A stretch of DNA of 64,000 nt from Candidatus Hydrogenedentota bacterium (GCA_034669905.1 JAXMOL010000030.1:25507-89506); one strand, 5' to 3'; positions 8,026 through 17,482 are shown, counted from the stretch's first letter. Program-made: numbers and translations. Notes: a model not told the origin generated them from the sequence alone.

Positions 8026-9071
8026 CAGGTTCCTTTCTTCGCGGCCGATTCGGCCATTTTGCGGGCGGTGGCTTCGGGAAATCCGAGTCGCTGAAACCGG
8101 CCAAAAAACACATCTTCCAGTTGCCCCGGATTGGGCGCACGGCCCGGATATTCGCGGGGCTCAGCGGACTCCAGTTGAATCTTTTCTGATTCGGCCTCAA
8201 GCTCGAGCAGCAAATTGCTTCGTTCGCTCAACGCGATCAGTTCTTCCAAAAAATCATCGTAGGCCATGCCGGTTTCAATGGCATGGAAGGCAAACCCGTT
8301 CGGGTGTTTCTTCGTGCTCTGGAAGTGCTGAGGCTTGCACTTGGACAGCATCTTCGTGATGCGGTCCCGCTCTGCCATGACGGCAGCTGGAACGTCTCCC
8401 CCGTCTGGCTTGTGGTGGGGCCCAACATTAAGGCCTAGAACTTTTGCTTGGTGGTTCAGGGCCACTTGGGCGCGCTCCACGAAGTCCGGGTTCTGCAGGG
8501 CTTTGCGGAGCCCCACCATAAGATCGGCGGAAAATTGTAGTCCCTCGATGGGCTGGGCGAATAGGCCATCACCCGACGCGGGTTCGTCGACCAGGTCAAC
8601 CGCATGCAGGGCATCGACCCGAAGCACTGGCAACAGGGGCGCCCCGCCATCGTCGAACCCTTCACGCTCCACGATGTCAGCACTGACCACCATACTGCTA
8701 CCCAGCATTGTGGGGTGGTCCGTGGCCATACGCTGGATGTGCGCAAGCATGGCCGGGTTGCTCGCATCGCTCAGATGCAGATCAGCCAATACATAATCGC
8801 CCGCTCTTCGGAAGTTTTGACGCACTCCGCAAAATGTGCCCAGCGAGTCGGTACACATAGACGGGTGCCCAAAGCGGGACTTGATCCCATCGGGCGCGGC
8901 GTTGCCTAACGCTACAACCTGCTCGAGGGTGGTTTCGTCGATGATTACCCCGTGACCAGTGGCAGGGCCCAGCATACAAATTTGTGTGCCGTGCAGGATG
9001 CCGGGTGCATCGCTGTTCGGCTTCATGGCACCCGTGGGCAGGGCTGGCGTCTCGAAAGTGAAACGGGTCAT
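8025..9071 (-). CDS. Prohead maturation protease / scaffold protein
   Basis: KSRFGHP, LADLHL, GSSM and LHAVDLVDEPA motifs of HK97/Mu-type prohead proteases, followed by a helical C-terminal region; coupled to both neighbours. Confidence 0.75.
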   Translation of the reverse strand: MTRFTFETPALPTGAMKPNSDAPGILHGTQICMLGPATGHGVIIDETTLEQVVALGNAAPDGIKSRFGHPSMCTDSLGTFCGVRQNFRRAGDYVLADLHLSDASNPAMLAHIQRMATDHPTMLGSSMVVSADIVEREGFDDGGAPLLPVLRVDALHAVDLVDEPASGDGLFAQPIEGLQFSADLMVGLRKALQNPDFVERAQVALNHQAKVLGLNVGPHHKPDGGDVPAAVMAERDRITKMLSKCKPQHFQSTKKHPNGFAFHAIETGMAYDDFLEELIALSERSNLLLELEAESEKIQLESAEPREYPGRAPNPGQLEDVFFGRFQRLGFPEATARKMAESAAKKGT

Positions 9072-9694
9072 TCAGCAGCGGCCTCCAGGGCGTCACGTTT
9101 GCTCTGGGCTACCTGTCCGGCAAGGAACTGTGCCGAGTTTTCGAAACTCGGGATCGGCGTCACAAACCGCCCGCATTCGCCCCAAAAATCAGGCCAGCCA
9201 TCCGTGCCAGTCACAGCGGCCAGTGCGATTTGAGCGAGTTCCAGCGGGTCGGTGAAGGCCTGCCCGGCGTCAATCGTGGTTAAAGCGTCGTAAAATTGTT
9301 GGCGTGGTTCTTCGCACGCCCAATCCCGAACCCACCCATCGAGGGCGACGGCGAGCAATTCTCGATAGAGGGCTTTCTCCAGACTCCACGACGCGGCCGT
9401 CTTCAAATTAACAATTCGGCTCAATGTCGCCGGGTCCACTCCCAAGCGTCTGGCGAGTTCCCGCTGTCGAATTCCAAGGGCCGATGCGGCCATTTTGAAT
9501 CGGATCGCGGAAACCTCCTTCGCGGCCTGCAGTCGCCACTCAAGGGCAAACGGCCCATGCGGGTGGCCTGATTCGATGGCGGCCCGGTTAACCGCATCCT
9601 GGGCCGCGCCGGCCTTTTGGCCGAACGGACTCGTTGCGGTCAGTCCAACAACGGCGTTTGGGAAGGTCTCCCGGAAAATTTCCAAGTCAGTCAT
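9068..9694 (-). CDS. XRE/Cro-type HTH regulator with extra domains
   Basis: LGIRQRELARRLGVDPATLSRIVN HTH; ATGA overlap with the protease gene. Confidence 0.75.
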   Translation of the reverse strand: MTDLEIFRETFPNAVVGLTATSPFGQKAGAAQDAVNRAAIESGHPHGPFALEWRLQAAKEVSAIRFKMAASALGIRQRELARRLGVDPATLSRIVNLKTAASWSLEKALYRELLAVALDGWVRDWACEEPRQQFYDALTTIDAGQAFTDPLELAQIALAAVTGTDGWPDFWGECGRFVTPIPSFENSAQFLAGQVAQSKRDALEAAAE

Positions 9695-9781
9695 AAATCG
9701 CCTTTCAAAGTGATCCGTATCATTGGCTCGTGCAATTTGTACCAAAAGCCTAACACAGCAAAACTCTGCTGTGCTGTGCCA

Positions 9782-9863
9782 ATGTGAAATATATTTCCGT
9801 TTTCAATGATTAATTTTTGGCCTGTTCCACATTGGAACCCAAAAACAGAAATATATTTCACAT
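9782..9863. promoter_or_regulatory. Paired palindromic operators in an AT-rich promoter region
   Basis: Perfect 16-bp inverted repeat ATGTGAAATATATTTC (9782-9797) / GAAATATATTTCACAT (9848-9863); each arm contains the palindrome GAAATATATTTC. Confidence 0.6.
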
Positions 9864-10047
9864 CCCATAAAACACACGGTTTGTTTTTCCTCGTAAAACG
9901 AAAAACGCCACGGAACGAAACCTCCAAAAGTGAGGTACGTTCCATGGCGAGGCCTAACACGATGTGACGTGTTTTTTTGTTTGGCGTGGCGTGGGGTTTC
10001 GGCCTAGCGGCCGCTATGTCTGTCTGGTATACACCTGAAGAAGGGGT

Positions 10048-10380
10048 TTATTCGGCAGTGCTCAACCGCCGCATTCCCCGCATGGCAGGGGACCGAAAGC
10101 GATCACGGGTACGCGTCAGGCGGTGCCCACATTTAATGCACTTTGTGGGTGCAACATAACCCGAATTGATATGTTCCGAATCAGACACCCCGGGCATATT
10201 CAGTTTCCCGCACGCGGAGCACGTCCGCAGCGCGCTTTCACAGTCAGTTACACCTCGAGCCTGTCGGGCTTTGTGGCCCAGTTCGTTGGCGAGGTAGTCC
10301 GCCAGGCTTTTCCCGGCTTCCTTGGCCTGGGCCTGGAAGGTGGTTGCATTCTGTTCGCTCAGTTCGATACTTACTCGCAT
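10048..10380 (-). CDS. RHH/CopG-like plus Zn-ribbon small regulator
   Basis: MRVSIELSE...AKEAGKSLADYL followed by CSACG...CIKCG. Confidence 0.65.
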   Translation of the reverse strand: MRVSIELSEQNATTFQAQAKEAGKSLADYLANELGHKARQARGVTDCESALRTCSACGKLNMPGVSDSEHINSGYVAPTKCIKCGHRLTRTRDRFRSPAMRGMRRLSTAE

Positions 10381-10427
10381 TGGTTTTCCTTTCGAAAGCG
10401 TGCCGGCACCCGTGGTACAATGACCTT

Positions 10428-10495
10428 CTGTCGGTGGTGCAAACCGCTTTCATTGTGACCCTCGGGCGTGTCCGCGCTCGGGGGTCGTTCGATTT
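10428..10495 (+). ncRNA. Candidate second antisense RNA
   Basis: Extended -10 TGgTACAAT (10413-10421) near the RBS of the minus-strand gene; hairpin 10457-10486 with three plus-strand G-U pairs. Confidence 0.4.
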
Positions 10496-10538
10496 AAGCC
10501 AGGCAGAACACCCACCCGGCGAATGGCATAGTTCAGAA

Positions 10539-11687
10539 TCAGCCCAATTCCTTCGCGATTTCCAGGGCCAGGGCCTCGTTTTTCTCCGCGTAGAGCTCCG
10601 ATGTGTCTACCCGGCTATGACCTAACGCAATCGACGCGGCCTCGAGTCCGGATTGTTTCCGCACCTCGGTGCCGTGGTTGTGCCTCAGTCGGTGAGGGTG
10701 CCAATGGGGCACACCCGCCTTCACACATGCCCGACGAATGGCCCGGGCGTATGAATAGCGGTCGTAGCTCTCGCTTAGCGTGCGGGTGGTCTTCCTGGGG
10801 TTCGGCTTCTGATTCTTTCGGCGGTGGGTAGTCGCTTGGGCCGCCCTCTCCCGTGCCGCATCTTTTGGGCTGAATAGATAGGCGGACACAGGACGATCCT
10901 GCAGGAAGGGACGGATCACGGCCTGGGCGCGGGGTCCGAAGTACAACGTGCGGCGCTTCCCTCGGTGGGCGGACTTGTGCCGGTCCAGGCGCACAGTCCA
11001 GACTTCCCCGGAAGTATCCAGGTCCACGGGGCGCAAATAGCAGATCTCAGATGTCCGGGCACCGGTGAGTAGTTGCAGCTGAATCAGGGCCCAGACTTGG
11101 CGGGATACGTGGGGCTCTACCGCTTCCACATGGGCCATGGGCACCGGTAACACCTTTTGGGGTTCCCGTGCCTGGGTCCGGCCCGCTTTCAACCCTTCCA
11201 CGGCGTCCAGGGCCGTAAGGGTCTGGGGGTTGACCAACTCATGGGACACCCCCCACCGAAAGATTGCCTTAGTGATGGATGTTTTCTTGTTGGCCGTGGT
11301 TCGGGCGGCACCCTCCGCGATCCAGTGCTCACGCAATGCGCGCAATGCCAGGGGCCCGAAGGCTTCGCACTGGTCCGAACCGTACAAGCGGCGAATATCG
11401 CGGATTACGCCACGGATCACGCCAATGTGGGTGCCCTCTTGATCATAGAACTCCTTTGCATAGGTCCAGTACCGTTCCAGGAGTTCGACTATCAGGAGGC
11501 CTTCGGCGGGGGCGGGAAGGTTCCGACCACAGGCCAACCACTCCTGAATGACACGGTCGTAGTTGGCCTGAACGTCTGGGGAATCCGACCGGCCAAGGTA
11601 TTTTCGTCGGCCGTTCAGATTGACGTAGTATTGCCCGGAAGCCTTGTGAAGGCGCATTTCGGGGATTGTGGGGCGGCGGCCGCTCAT
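10539..11687 (-). CDS. int: Tyrosine recombinase / integrase
   Basis: TGARTSE, HK, HRLRH, LGHS...Y catalytic residues; N-terminal arm-binding-like domain; adjacent to the tRNA att. Confidence 0.97.
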   Translation of the reverse strand: MSGRRPTIPEMRLHKASGQYYVNLNGRRKYLGRSDSPDVQANYDRVIQEWLACGRNLPAPAEGLLIVELLERYWTYAKEFYDQEGTHIGVIRGVIRDIRRLYGSDQCEAFGPLALRALREHWIAEGAARTTANKKTSITKAIFRWGVSHELVNPQTLTALDAVEGLKAGRTQAREPQKVLPVPMAHVEAVEPHVSRQVWALIQLQLLTGARTSEICYLRPVDLDTSGEVWTVRLDRHKSAHRGKRRTLYFGPRAQAVIRPFLQDRPVSAYLFSPKDAARERAAQATTHRRKNQKPNPRKTTRTLSESYDRYSYARAIRRACVKAGVPHWHPHRLRHNHGTEVRKQSGLEAASIALGHSRVDTSELYAEKNEALALEIAKELG

Positions 11688-11847
11688 TGGGCCGGTCCAG
11701 GATCAGTAATCTGGTGGTGGGACTGCTCTTGACAGGTATCCACGGTACGACTCCCGTTTTCCGGGTATATACCCGAAAAACCGTTGTAGTGTCGCACCGC
11801 CAATGCTGGCGGGTAACCTGTCTAAGTGACTGATTCGACTGGATTTG

Positions 11848-11901
11848 TATATTGGTCGGGGTGGTAGGATTCGAACCTACGGCCCCCTGCTCCCAAAGCA
11901 G
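11848..11901 (-). repeat. att site overlapping the intact tRNA-Pro
   Basis: Identical to 1743-1796. Confidence 0.97.
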
Positions 11902-11930
11902 GTGCGCTAACCGGACTGCGCCACACCCCG
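11853..11930 (-). tRNA. tRNA-Pro(UGG)
   Basis: CGGGGTG acceptor stem, CCTGC-TTTGGGA-GCAGG anticodon arm, GTTCGAATC T loop, encoded CCA. Confidence 0.97.
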
Positions 11931-12174
11931 ACCGGGGAAGAGGAAGTATAGCATAGCGTCCGCGCTGGAACCAACATCCGTGACGGATTCTTTTCCTGCC
12001 TGTGAGTCCTTTCCCCGACGCCGTCCCACCGCGCTGGTTGTGCCGCAGGGGCCGGATTCTCTATGCTGTGCTTGGTGTGTTGGTCCGTCGTGCTCCCCCC
12101 TGGAACCGGGGGCCTTTCGGGCGGCCTTCCCCACCGGTTTTCACTGCTTTTCACCACCCACGCAGGGAGTCGTC

Positions 12175-14214
12175 GTGCGTTCCAATGAATCGTCTCCGGG
12201 GGAGTACCCCGCCTGGTCTGCCGCAGGCATGGCCCTGTTTTTCCTTTATCTGGAGTCGCTGAAGGCCATGCGGTCCTCCCAGTGGAGTGGCCTGCTGCCG
12301 AGCGATTGGCTGGGCGTCGGAATGACCGGGCTGTTCTATGCCCTCTTAGTCTGGGCGCTGGTGGTGGGCATTCGTCGGGGGACTTCAGGGTTGGGCCTTC
12401 GCGTTCCGGGCTGCGCCCTGTTTGTCGCCGGGACGGTCCTTTGGGGCCTCTTGAGCACGCACCGGGAGGAAACCCCCACGCTGGATGACGGCATTGTGGC
12501 GGTCGTACTGGCGGGCTTCAGCTTCGCCCTGTGGTTGGGCAACAGAACGGGGCGCTATTCGGAGGCCCAACTGGGTGGCGCGCTGATCGTCCTCTGGCTT
12601 TCGGGGCTCGCAGCCCTTCATGGTGCGGGGCACTATTTCCTTTTCAGTCCCCACCGTGCCCGGGAGGTCACCCTCTTCCCCGCCCTGTGGCTCGCGCCCG
12701 TGGGCCTTGGGCTGGCAACCGTGCTGTGCTGGAAATCCCGAACGTCGTTGCTGGCCGTGGGCGGCGTGGTCGGGGTGGCGACGCCCCTGCTGGCCGTGTT
12801 CGCCCTCCTTTATACGCCTGCGCGCGATGATGGGGCGCAACAGCCCAATATGGTCTTCCTCATCAGCGACACGCTCCGGGCCGATTATTGCAGTGTCTAC
12901 GGCGGCGACGTGCCCACGCCACGGCTGGAAGCCATGGCCGATTCGGGCACCCGCTTTGACCGGCACTATGCCCTCTCCCCCTGGACCCTCCCCTCCATGA
13001 CGGGGCTCTTCTCTTCCCAGTACCCCAAATCCCTCACGCCCGATTCCGATCATGAGGCGTGGATCCTCCAGATGAATCAGTATGAGGTGGACTACGACAC
13101 GCCGACCCTCCCCATGCGCCTGGAGGAAGCGGGGTATCGGACGGGCGCCTTCACGGCGAACGCTTTTCTCCCCGTCGTGCCCGGCATGATGTTTGGCTAT
13201 CAGGACCGGGCGAGTGCCCATCCCATCCTCCTGGAAGACAACGGCTATTTCAATCAGCTCCCCTTCCTCAGTGCGGCGCTCCGGGCCTGGTGTCCCGTGT
13301 TGGTGGACATTCGCCCTCACAACACGACCCACGATCTTGATCACTACGCCCGGGCCTTCATCCGCCGCCACCGGGACAAGCCTTTCTTCCTGTGGATTCA
13401 CTACATCGATCCCCACGCACCCTATGATCCCCCGGAAGATCTGCGGCGGGTGACCGAAGGGCCCTGGCCCTTCTTTCATCCCTATGTGGGCGGCGAAGCT
13501 TGGGGCATTCCCATCCTCGGTAAGAACTTTTCCGTCGCGCAGCCCGATCAGGACTATGTCCGCTCGCTCTACGAGGGGGAAGTGGCCTATATCGATGGCT
13601 TCGTGGGCCGCATTCAAGATGCCCTCACCGAGGCGGGCATTGCCGAAAAGACGCTCTTCTGCTTTACCTCCGACCACGGCGAAGAACTCTGGGACCATGG
13701 TGGCTGGGGCCACGGTCAATCGCTCTATGACGAGATGATTCGGGTGCCGCTCATTGTGGCCGGACCCGGCATCGCGTCCCAGGTCGTTTCCGAACCGGTG
13801 TCGGCCATTGACCTCGTGCCGACCCTGGCGGACTTGCTGGACGTCGCGCCTGCCGACACCTGGCAGGGCACGAGCCTGGGCCCTGTGCTGCGGGGTGATG
13901 CCACCGTGCCGCCGGACCGGCCCGTGTTTTCCCACGGGACGAGTAATAAGTCTACAGAAAATCCCCAACACATGGTGGTGGTCGGCGACTACAAACTCAT
14001 CCGCATGGCAGGGTCCGACCGGGTATCCCTCTACGACCTCGCAACTGACCCGGGCGAAACGAAGGACGTGGCAGCCGCCCACCCGGAAGTGGTGGCACGT
14101 CTCACCACCCTGTTGGATGAATGGCTCGCCAGTTTCCCGGCCTACTTTGACGAGGCCCCGGCCGAGTTCAATCGGGAGATGGAACAGGGCCTCGAAGGCA
14201 TGGGGTATCTCTAA
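12175..14214 (+). CDS. Membrane-anchored sulfatase-like hydrolase
   Basis: Multiple N-terminal TM helices; PNMVFLISDTLRAD, SPWTLPS, HYIDPHAPY, TSDHGE. Start is approximate (GTG after GGGAG). Confidence 0.85.
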   Translation: MRSNESSPGEYPAWSAAGMALFFLYLESLKAMRSSQWSGLLPSDWLGVGMTGLFYALLVWALVVGIRRGTSGLGLRVPGCALFVAGTVLWGLLSTHREETPTLDDGIVAVVLAGFSFALWLGNRTGRYSEAQLGGALIVLWLSGLAALHGAGHYFLFSPHRAREVTLFPALWLAPVGLGLATVLCWKSRTSLLAVGGVVGVATPLLAVFALLYTPARDDGAQQPNMVFLISDTLRADYCSVYGGDVPTPRLEAMADSGTRFDRHYALSPWTLPSMTGLFSSQYPKSLTPDSDHEAWILQMNQYEVDYDTPTLPMRLEEAGYRTGAFTANAFLPVVPGMMFGYQDRASAHPILLEDNGYFNQLPFLSAALRAWCPVLVDIRPHNTTHDLDHYARAFIRRHRDKPFFLWIHYIDPHAPYDPPEDLRRVTEGPWPFFHPYVGGEAWGIPILGKNFSVAQPDQDYVRSLYEGEVAYIDGFVGRIQDALTEAGIAEKTLFCFTSDHGEELWDHGGWGHGQSLYDEMIRVPLIVAGPGIASQVVSEPVSAIDLVPTLADLLDVAPADTWQGTSLGPVLRGDATVPPDRPVFSHGTSNKSTENPQHMVVVGDYKLIRMAGSDRVSLYDLATDPGETKDVAAAHPEVVARLTTLLDEWLASFPAYFDEAPAEFNREMEQGLEGMGYL

Positions 14215-14369
14215 GGTCACCTGTCCGCATCGCCCGTGGGCCTTGCTTATCGACTGCGTTGGCCCTACAATATGGCACGAATACCTGACTCAGGAAGGGC
14301 CGTACCTGTACTCCACAGGACCCACCCGGCCATCCCCCCTATGTACATTTCAGCGGAAGGAAATCATCC

Positions 14370-15407
14370 ATGGCAACGAAGAAAATTCGCGTTGGCATCA
14401 TTGGCTGTGGCGCCATTGCCGAACGTTTGCACATCCCCGACTACGCCGCCTGTGACCAGGCCGAACTGGTTGCATTCTGTGACAACGACAAGAAGCGCGC
14501 CAAGGCTATCGCCGAAAAATTTGCGCCAGATGCAGCGGTCTACAATGACTACAAGGCCCTGCTCAAGAACGAAGACGTAGACGCCGTTTCGGTGTGCATG
14601 CCCAACAAGTTCCACGGCATCTGCAGCATCGACGCGGCCAAGGCCGGCAAGCACGTCCTCGTCGAAAAGCCCATGGCCATGAGCCTGGCCGAGGCCAAGA
14701 AGATGGTCGCCGCCGCCAAGAAGGCCAAGGTGCATTTGCTGGTCAACCAGAGCATGCGCAACTACCCGGCCCACAAGAAGGCCCGCGAAATCATCGCCAG
14801 CGGCTTCCTCGGTAAGGTGCTCCATGTAAGCGGCATGTGCGGACACGAAGGCCCCGAAGTATGGGCCCCCAACGCCAAGTGGTTCTTCAAAAAGAAAGAC
14901 GCCCGCTTTGGTGCCATGGCCGATCTCGGTGTGCACAAGGCCGATGCCATCCGCTATATCACCGGCAAAGAGATTAGCGAAATCCGCGCCTTCTCGGGCA
15001 CCCTCGAGAAAAAGGGCACGGACCTGGAAGACAACTTTGTTTCCTCCTTTACCTTTAAGGACGGCGGCATGGGCTCCCTCGCGGCCTCCTGGACGGTCAA
15101 GGGCGGCATGACCAACTACACCATCGTCCACTGTGAAAAGGGCACGCTGGAAGTCTTGCTCCATCCCGACAAACCCCTGGTGGCCCGACTGCACGATCCC
15201 CTTTCGGAAATCGTCTTCACCCTGCCGGAAGCCCCGATCCTCTATAAGGACTCCTGGGGACTCGACATTGGTGGCGCCTTCATCCGCGCCATCCTCGGCG
15301 AAGAAGAGCCCTTCTGCACGGGTGAAGAGGGCCTGAAGAGTCTGGCCGTCATCCTCGCCGCCGAAAAAGCTGCCGATACAGGCAAATCGGTCAAGGTCAC
15401 GGTATAA
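14370..15407 (+). CDS. Gfo/Idh/MocA oxidoreductase
   Basis: GIIGCGAIA, GKHVLVEKPM, GAMADLGVH. Confidence 0.92.
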   Translation: MATKKIRVGIIGCGAIAERLHIPDYAACDQAELVAFCDNDKKRAKAIAEKFAPDAAVYNDYKALLKNEDVDAVSVCMPNKFHGICSIDAAKAGKHVLVEKPMAMSLAEAKKMVAAAKKAKVHLLVNQSMRNYPAHKKAREIIASGFLGKVLHVSGMCGHEGPEVWAPNAKWFFKKKDARFGAMADLGVHKADAIRYITGKEISEIRAFSGTLEKKGTDLEDNFVSSFTFKDGGMGSLAASWTVKGGMTNYTIVHCEKGTLEVLLHPDKPLVARLHDPLSEIVFTLPEAPILYKDSWGLDIGGAFIRAILGEEEPFCTGEEGLKSLAVILAAEKAADTGKSVKVTV

Positions 15408-15419
15408 TAGGTCTATGAC

Positions 15420-15463
15420 ACGCCGGTGGCCGTCGTGCGGGCGGCTGCCGGTGTTGTTTTTTT
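15420..15463 (+). terminator. Rho-independent terminator
   Basis: GC-rich stem with G-U pairs followed by T7. Confidence 0.6.
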
Positions 15464-15538
15464 CGGGCATGGGGACACGAACCTGGCCGCCTGTCAGGGC
15501 CGCCCATTCCCACCAGCAATCGGGTATATAGAAACTAC

Positions 15539-16633
15539 ATGACTACAAAAACTTTGACAGTCGCCCTCGGCGATCGGGCCTACCCCATTCACCTGGGCAC
15601 CGGCATCCTCTCCCAACTGGCCGAAATGGTGCGCAAGAGCGGCGTCGCGGGCACCATCGGCATCGTAACCGACTCCAACGTGGGCCCCCTCTACGGCGAC
15701 CAGGTATGCGCTGCCCTCCAGGCGGCCGGTTTTAAGACCGTGCTTCACACCACGCCTGCCGGCGAACCCCACAAACGCATGGCCACGGTGGAAGCCATCT
15801 GCGGCACCTTTCTGGAAGGCGGACTCGACCGCACCAGTCTCATCGTGGCCCTGGGTGGCGGTGTGGTCGGTGACGTGGCGGGTTACGTGGCGGCCTCCTT
15901 CATGCGGGGCATTCCCTTCATCCAGGTGCCGACCACCATTGTCGCCCAGGTGGATTCCAGCGTCGGCGGTAAGACCGGGGTCAATCATCCCCTGGGTAAA
16001 AACACCATTGGCGCTTTCCACCAGCCCCTGGGCGTACTCATCGATATGACGTTGCTCCAGTCCCTGCCGGAACGGGAGTTGCGGGCGGGCCTGGCGGAGG
16101 CCATCAAGCATGGCATCATCGCCGACGAGACGCTCTTTCAATTTATGGAAGACCACGCTGCGGCAATCCTCGCAAAAGACCAGGAAGCCCTGGCCGTACC
16201 CATCTTAAAGTCCTGTGAAATTAAGTCGGCTGTTGTCGCCGCTGATGAAAAAGAGCACGGTGCGCGGGCCAACCTGAATTATGGCCACACCTTTGGCCAT
16301 GCGATTGAGTCCGTCACCCGCTATGAAACCTTCCTGCACGGCGAAGCCATTGCCCTGGGCATGGTGGCCGCCGGTGCCCTCTCCCGGGAGCTGGGCCTGG
16401 TCGATGATGGCTTTGTGGCGCGTCAACGCGCTATCTTTGAGGCCTATGGCCTTCCGGTCACGTGGGATGCCTTGCCCATGGACGAAGTAATTCAGGCCAT
16501 GCAGAAAGATAAAAAAGTGCGTGCAGGTACCTTGAAATTTATTGTGGCGGATCGCATGGGGCACGTCATCCATCGGACCGATATCACGGAAGCCCAGGTT
16601 CGCGTCGCCTTGTCGGCCATCTCGGGCCAGTAA
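15539..16633 (+). CDS. aroB: 3-dehydroquinate synthase
   Basis: LGGGVVGD, PTT..AQVDSSVGGKTG, LNYGHTFGHA, HGEAI. Confidence 0.97.
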   Translation: MTTKTLTVALGDRAYPIHLGTGILSQLAEMVRKSGVAGTIGIVTDSNVGPLYGDQVCAALQAAGFKTVLHTTPAGEPHKRMATVEAICGTFLEGGLDRTSLIVALGGGVVGDVAGYVAASFMRGIPFIQVPTTIVAQVDSSVGGKTGVNHPLGKNTIGAFHQPLGVLIDMTLLQSLPERELRAGLAEAIKHGIIADETLFQFMEDHAAAILAKDQEALAVPILKSCEIKSAVVAADEKEHGARANLNYGHTFGHAIESVTRYETFLHGEAIALGMVAAGALSRELGLVDDGFVARQRAIFEAYGLPVTWDALPMDEVIQAMQKDKKVRAGTLKFIVADRMGHVIHRTDITEAQVRVALSAISGQ

Positions 16634-16649
16634 CCAGAAGGAATGCGTC

Positions 16650-17474
16650 ATGGTCTTTGGTGGCGAGAATGCGGACAGCTATTACGATGAAGGGGTGACA
16701 GCCAGCATGAAGGGCGAGGTGGTCCAGGCCGTGCGTCACTTCAAGAAAGCGATGCAGCTTGACCCCTATCACGTATCCAGTTGTCACCAGCTCGGCAAGT
16801 GTTATGTGCGCCTGGGACGCTTGCAGGATGCCGTCGAGTGTTTCTATCGCGCCATCAAGGCCCGACCCAACCCGATTCCCCCCCGCCTCGATTTGGGCTT
16901 TGCGCTCCTGGAGGGCGGCAATGCCGAGCGTGCTGAGGTCGCTTTCAATGAAGTGATGGAACGGAAGCCCGAAAACGCCAAGGCCCTGTTAGGCCTCGCC
17001 GGGTGTGCCTTTCAGAAGGGCGAATGGGATCAGGCCTATCTGCTGGTGGGCCAGGTGCTCGATCAGGGTGCCGCCAGCTTTTCCGCCCTGTACCTGAGGG
17101 GCCGCGCCGCCCGTTTGGCCGGGTTTATCACCGACAGCAATGAAGCCTTTGAATCGGCCGACGGCCTTTTGGAGAAGCTCATTGAAGGCAACCCCGAGCA
17201 ACCCGAGGGCTACTACCTCCGTGGTGAACTCTGCTTCGCCCAGGAGAATTTTGCCGCCGCGCTGGATGCCTACCAACAGGCCGAATCCCGCCTCGTTGCG
17301 GACGCCCACTATTACACCTACGGCGAGCACTTCGATCAGATTGGCGTGTTGGGGAAACGGGCCATGTGCCTCTTCCGTCTGGACCGCAAGGACGAAGCCC
17401 GCGCGCTGGGTGAGGCCATCCAGGAACACGACCCGGAAAACCGTATTGCGGCCATGCTGACCCAGTCTGACTGA
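16650..17474 (+). CDS. TPR repeat protein
   Basis: Repeated TPR-like helical units. Confidence 0.8.
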   Translation: MVFGGENADSYYDEGVTASMKGEVVQAVRHFKKAMQLDPYHVSSCHQLGKCYVRLGRLQDAVECFYRAIKARPNPIPPRLDLGFALLEGGNAERAEVAFNEVMERKPENAKALLGLAGCAFQKGEWDQAYLLVGQVLDQGAASFSALYLRGRAARLAGFITDSNEAFESADGLLEKLIEGNPEQPEGYYLRGELCFAQENFAAALDAYQQAESRLVADAHYYTYGEHFDQIGVLGKRAMCLFRLDRKDEARALGEAIQEHDPENRIAAMLTQSD

Positions 17475-17482
17475 GGGCACCC

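Larger units (their letters stand above)
1743..11901 (-). mobile_element. tRNA-Pro-integrated 10.1-kb phage satellite-like element carrying capsid and tape-measure genes
   Basis: 54-bp att direct repeats, integrase next to the intact tRNA, co-oriented phage-like genes, no portal/terminase/tail tube/lysis genes recognised. Confidence 0.9.

Noticed and set aside
1743..11901. Complete autonomous prophage or canonical cf-PICI
   Set aside because: Too small, with no recognisable terminase, portal, connectors, tail tube or lysis genes. A decayed prophage is not fully excluded, but the ORFs and att sites look intact.
12385..14220. Long antisense ORFs (this one, 61750-63474, 46474-47487 and similar)
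   Set aside because: Shadow frames of real genes in GC-rich DNA, with no recognisable motifs.
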